From: the human T2T-CHM13v2.0 reference genome, Homo sapiens
NCBI GenBank assembly: GCA_009914755.4
Contig: CP086569.2
Location: 62,176,001 to 62,240,000, forward strand
DNA: 64,000 nt
Direction: 5' to 3'
Part shown: in pieces, positions 52,840 through 64,000 of the stretch
How the letters are laid out: each line of letters begins with the position of its first letter
Position numbering within the stretch: position 1 is the first letter of the stretch
The notes under the pieces: generated by a model
The model's database searches: none
What the model was told of the DNA's origin: nothing
The model's input: the letters and a program-made list of their open reading frames with translations, nothing else
Made by a program: the position numbers and the translations under genes

Positions 52840-53430
52840 TAAAAGTAAAACAATGGCTATAATTCTTGGAGGGTCTTCATGGTCAGATACTGCTGATTAT
52901 CCATTGTTATGTAGCAAATTGTCCCAAGATTTAGTGGCTTATAAACTTATTATTATCTCTAATGGTTCTGTGAGTTGACTAGGTTCAGCTGAGTGGGTCT
53001 TACAGTTTGTCAGATGGTGTCTGGGGGCTGGATTTCTCTAAATAGTCAGCTGGACTGGGCCTCCAAGATGGTTCATGCACATGGTTGGATGTTGGCTGGG
53101 AATTCAGCTGGTGCTATAGACTAGAGCACTTACATGTGGCCTCATCATGTGGCTAGGGCTTCTACAGCATGGAAGCTGGATTCTTTGAGGAAGCATTCCA
53201 ATAGTGAGTGTTCTAAGTGGCAGGAATCCATTTTCATGCCAGGTAAGTGCTGTGCCCAGAACTGGTATTGTACCATTTACACCATCATCTGCTAGTCAAA
53301 GTATTCACAGTTAGTTCCAGGCCCAATGGGATGGAGAAATACACTCTACCTCTTGTTGGGGGAGTGGCAAGTCATATTGCAGAAGAGCATGTAAGATGGA
53401 ATATATTATTGCATCCATCTTTGAAAAATA
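52840..53430. mobile_element. Old LTR-like interspersed repeat (ERVL/MaLR-type), family not assigned
   Basis: 'tagcaaattgtcccaagatttagtggcttataaacttattattatctctaatggttctgtgag...tctgggggctggatttctc...ggcctccaagatggttcatgcacatggttgg' resembles the common 'tagtggcttaaaacaaca.atttattatctcacagttctg..ggtcagaagtc' repeat family. Confidence 0.5.
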
Positions 53431-53649
53431 CAAATATACCACAAATATGGTGATGAACAGATGCAAAGGTCCCTGACAGATTCCAATTTGTCATCACTTC
53501 CTCTGCTCAGCATTTAGCTCATCTTTCCAACTGCTGACCCTGCTGACCAAAAGCAGCTCTAGATTCACAATCAAAAGCTAGGTCCCAAAGAGGTGATACC
53601 ATACACAGAGACAAAAGCTTCCCATAGGCCTCTAAATGAGCTTCCACTT

Positions 53650-53965
53650 CATGGTCCTACTTTTTCTCAGCATTTTGATGTATAATTGACAAATTCAAAT
53701 TGCATATATTCAAGGTGTACAATGTGATGAGTTGATATAGGTATACATTGCGTAGTGATTACTACAATCAAATTCATTAATACATCCATCACCACACAGA
53801 GTTACCATATGTAACATATGTGCATGTGTGTGTGTGCAGTTAGGGCACTCAAAAATCTGCTCTTTTACTGACTTTCAACTAAACAATAAAGTATTATTAA
53901 CTATAGTCACCATGCTGTACATTAGCTCTCCAAAACTTATTAATCTTACAACCAAAAGTTTCTAC
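53650..53965 (+). mobile_element. L1 (L1M-type) 3'-terminal fragment
   Basis: 'ttgatgtataattgacaaattcaaattgcatatattcaaggtgtacaatgtgatgagttgatataggtatacattgcgtagtgattactacaatcaaattcattaatacatccatcaccacacagagttacc...tattattaactatagtcaccatgctgtacattagctctccaaaacttattaatcttacaaccaaaagtttctaccatagtcc' is the canonical old-L1 3' end. Confidence 0.85.
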
Positions 53966-53980
53966 CATAGTCCTACTTTA

Positions 53981-54417
<437 letters not shown>

Positions 54418-54539
54418 TTATTACAGAATAATAGAAAACTAACACAATATCTGTAAAATATTCAGTCTTCCGATACATGACCATGGTATATCTTTCATTT
54501 ATTTACATCTTCTTTTATTTCTCTCAACAAAGTATTGTA

Positions 54540-54850
54540 CTTTTACACATATTTAATTTATCCATCCATGTTTAATGATTTTGTATGCTTCTGTAAATGG
54601 TATTCTAAAATTTTAATTCCCAATTGTTCATTGCTTAGTACACAGAAATACAATTAATATTTTATCTTGTGACCTTATTCGCTCAAATAGCTTTTTATGT
54701 AGATTCCTCAAGACCTTATACATAGATGATTATGTCATTCGTGAATAAGAACAATTTTATTTCTACTTTTGCAATCAGTATGCCCATTATTTCTTTATTT
54801 CCCCCACCACACTGGCTAGGATTTCCAGTACTATGTTGAACAGAAATTGT
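54540..54850 (-). mobile_element. Old L1 ORF2 fragment (antisense)
   Basis: '...gcccattatttctttatttcccccaccacactggctaggatttccagtactatgttgaacag' is the antisense of the L1 '[13 protein letters not shown]' region. Confidence 0.7.
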
Positions 54851-56074
54851 AGGAATAGGCAGCCCACCTTGTTCACGATCTTAGGGAAAAATCATTCACT
54901 TTTTCACCCTTAGATATGATGTACACTGCAAGATTTTTGTACATACTTTTTGTAAGGCTGAGTTGCAGGAAGGCTTTTATTTTTTTCTCCTTTGGCTTCT
55001 TCACCCAGAGTTGGTGCTGTCTCTTCCCCATATACCTCTGGAGACCAGCAAGGGCCCAGACCCAGGGACCCTTTTTGTGCCCACACATGCTGCTGCAGCT
55101 TTACCCTGCAGTCCTCAATGTTTTGGGCCACATCTGCAAGATCAAGTAAGATGGTGACTTGGAAACACTGCATTTTGGGGATACCGAGCAAGAAGTTGAA
55201 AGGATGCTCAGGGCCCATCATGAATTGCTTATATCCAACAGAGCTATAAAAATTTTTAGTCCCTCCTCTTCCCAAAATTTCCCAGCATATTTCATTTTTT
55301 TCTTAAAATACTTAAGATCAGAGTAGAGGGGAAGAGAATAATCAGGAAGTGCAGTGAGAACTAAGTTCTGCACCAAAGCTTTATATTTACTTTGGGTTTC
55401 CAGTGAACAACTGCTCAAGCCTAACAAATTAACTTCTAATGTTTTGCTCTGCTCAAAGCTCTATATCCTCACTGCTGATGGTATTTTAGTATTGTCGGTT
55501 CTTTGATTCAGCATTCACACCATACCTTGCCTTTTGGCTGGAACCCCAGGGCTTGCCACCCCATTGCCATCATGACATGCCTTCATCCTCCCACCCAGAA
55601 GTAAATGAACAATAATCAAAGCACCATTGGGATTTTTTTTTTCAATTCTTAGCCTCATTAACAGCTAGAGAAGTGGAGGACCCTTATTCCCACCCTGGTC
55701 TGTCCATCACTGGGTAGAAACCGTTCACTATTAGATTCCGAGCAGTCTTCTCATATCGACTAACACAGCCTGCACCTATACTCATTTTCAAAACTGTCAA
55801 GAACTGTGAAGGATCTACAATTTTACCCTACTTACAAGGTAATGAGATAGCCTATTACTGTTCAATGGATGCTGGCAGAAAATATGAGGCTCCTCGATTG
55901 ATACTTGCACATGTAATGGGTTGCATTATAGGAGAGAAACACTACAACTGGGGTATTCATTTCTACAGTGAACCCCTGCATTTTGTCCAAAGGAGAGACA
56001 TAATGTCATCACTTTGGGTTGCTCACTGCAAACACAACCCTGAGAAACAACAAAGGTAAAAAGTATTCAGGACT

Positions 56075-56376
<302 letters not shown>

Positions 56377-56439
56377 TCAGGACTTTGCATTTTTGGCATA
56401 CCTAGCAAGAAGTTGAAAGGATGCTCAGGGCCCATCACA

Positions 56440-57727
56440 AATGTTAGTTTGCTAAGGACAATGGCTTCCAGCTCCATCCATGTCCTAGCAAAGGACATAA
56501 TCTCATTCTTTTTATGGCTGCATAACATTCCATGGTATATATGCACCACATTTTCTTTCTTTAGTCTATCATTGATGGGCATTTAGGTTGATTCCATGTC
56601 TTTGCTATTCTGAATGGTGCTTCAATAAATATATGCATGCATGTGTCTTTATAACAGAACAATTTATATTCCTTTGGGTATATACCCAGTAATGGTATTG
56701 CTGGGTCAAATGGTATTTCTGTCCTTAGCTCTTTGAGGAATGACTACATTATCTTCCACAATGGTTGAAATAATTTACACTCCTACATACATTTGTATAA
56801 GCGTTCTTTTTTCTCTATAACCTTGCCAGCCTCTGTTATTTTATGTCTTTTAATAATGGCCATTCTGACTGGTATTAGATGGTATCTCATTGTAGTTTTA
56901 ATTTGCATTTCTCTAATGATCAGTGATATTGAGCTTTTTTTTAATGTGATTGCTGGCCACATGCATGTCTTCTTTTGAAAAGTGTTAGTGTCCTTTGCCC
57001 ACTTTTTATGAAGTTGTTTTTTTCTTGTAAATTTGCTTAAGTTCCTTATAGATGCTGGATATTAGACCTTTGTCAGATGCATAGTTTGCAAAAATGTTCT
57101 CCCTTTCTGTAGGTTGTCTGTTTACTCTGTTGATAGTTTCTTTTGCTGTGCAGAAGCTCTTTAGTTTAATTATATCCCATTTGTCAATTTTTGTTGTTGT
57201 TGCAATTGCTTTTGGTGTTTTCGTCATAAAATCTTTGCCCATGCCTATGCCCTGAATGGTATTGCCTAGGTTGTCTTCCAGGGTTTTTATAGTCTGGGGT
57301 TTTACATTTAAGTCTTTAATCCATCTCGAGTCAATTTGTGTATATAGCATAAGGAAGGGGTGCAGTTTTAATCTTCTTCATATAGCTAGACAGTTATTCC
57401 AGCGCCATTTATTGAATAGGGCATCCTTTCTCCATTGCTTATTTTTGTCAGCTTTGTCAAAGATCAGATCATTGTAGGTATCTTGTCTTATTTCTGAGTT
57501 CTGTCTTCGGTTCTGTTGGTCTATGTGTCTGTTTTTGTACCAGTACCATGCTGTGTTGGTTACTCTATCCCTGTGGTATAATTTGAAGATGGATAGCATG
57601 ATGTCTCCAGCTTTGTTCCTTTTGCTTAGGATTGCCTTGACTAATCGGGCTATTTTTGGTTTCATGTGAATTTTAAAATAGTTTTTTCTAGTTCTGTGAA
57701 GCATCTCAATGCATACTACCTGATTTT
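56440..57727 (-). mobile_element. L1 (L1PA/L1PB-like) ORF2 C-terminal ~1.3 kb, minus orientation, lacking its own 3'UTR end
   Basis: The minus-strand ORFs (57378-57704: ...[86 protein letters not shown]; 57006-57350: ...[105 protein letters not shown]) are L1 ORF2. Confidence 0.9.
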
Positions 57728-57738
57728 AAGAATTACTG

Positions 57739-63948
<6,210 letters not shown>

Positions 63949-63958
63949 AAGAATTACT

Positions 63959-64000
63959 GGCCAGGCGTGGTGGCTCACACCTGTAATCCCAGCACTTTGG
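63959..64000 (+). mobile_element. Alu SINE 5' end (plus), truncated by the window end
   Basis: 'ggccaggcgtggtggctcacacctgtaatcccagcactttgg'. Confidence 0.9.

Overview
Human genomic DNA, not prokaryotic: the window is dense in Alu, L1, MIR and MaLR repeats and carries a two-exon gene. The only long intact ORF not derived from a repeat is the single-coding-exon CDS of SPRY3 (sprouty homolog 3), on the + strand at 20080-20946 and 288 aa long. It carries the Sprouty Cys-rich domain and has a canonical splice acceptor just upstream, at 19972-19973. A probable non-coding exon 1 ends at a perfect AAG|GTAAGC donor (14343/14344). Directly upstream of it sits a ~300-bp homopurine (GGA/GAG)n tract, then a (GTTTT)n tract, and an alternating-GC block lies just inside intron 1. 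SPRY3 places the window in the Xq28/Yq12 pseudoautosomal region 2. The most unusual structure is a 3.27-kb LTR-flanked retroelement on the minus strand (49505-52770). It has two ~540-585 bp LTRs in direct orientation that open TGTTGGG and close CCCAACA. It also has a 5-bp target-site duplication (AAAAC), a tRNA-Lys-like primer-binding site, a gag-like start MGQSESK...LLRRG, an HERV-K-type env transmembrane tail (..CLCCLLLVCRC) and a polypurine tract AAAAAAGAAAAGGGGGG. In place of gag-pol-env its interior carries an intronless ~0.9-kb copy of several contiguous TRPC6 exons, covering S5, the pore, S6 and the TRP box [10 protein letters not shown]. Both junctions fall at apparent exon boundaries, so this is an HERV-K(HML)-type provirus that transduced a spliced TRPC6 mRNA segment; the TRPC6 pseudogene at this locus is therefore a retroviral transduction, not an L1-made processed pseudogene. 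The rest is interspersed repeats. These include a full-length but inactivated L1PA (57739-63948, +) with an 11-bp target-site duplication (TSD), inserted against an older inverted L1 fragment. There is also a ~6-kb old L1 (35640-41560) carrying three Alu insertions and a nested L1 3' end. About eight further Alus are present, one with a 16-bp TSD, plus a THE1/MST MaLR LTR, MIR fragments and many microsatellites. No rRNA or tRNA genes and no CRISPR-like arrays were seen.
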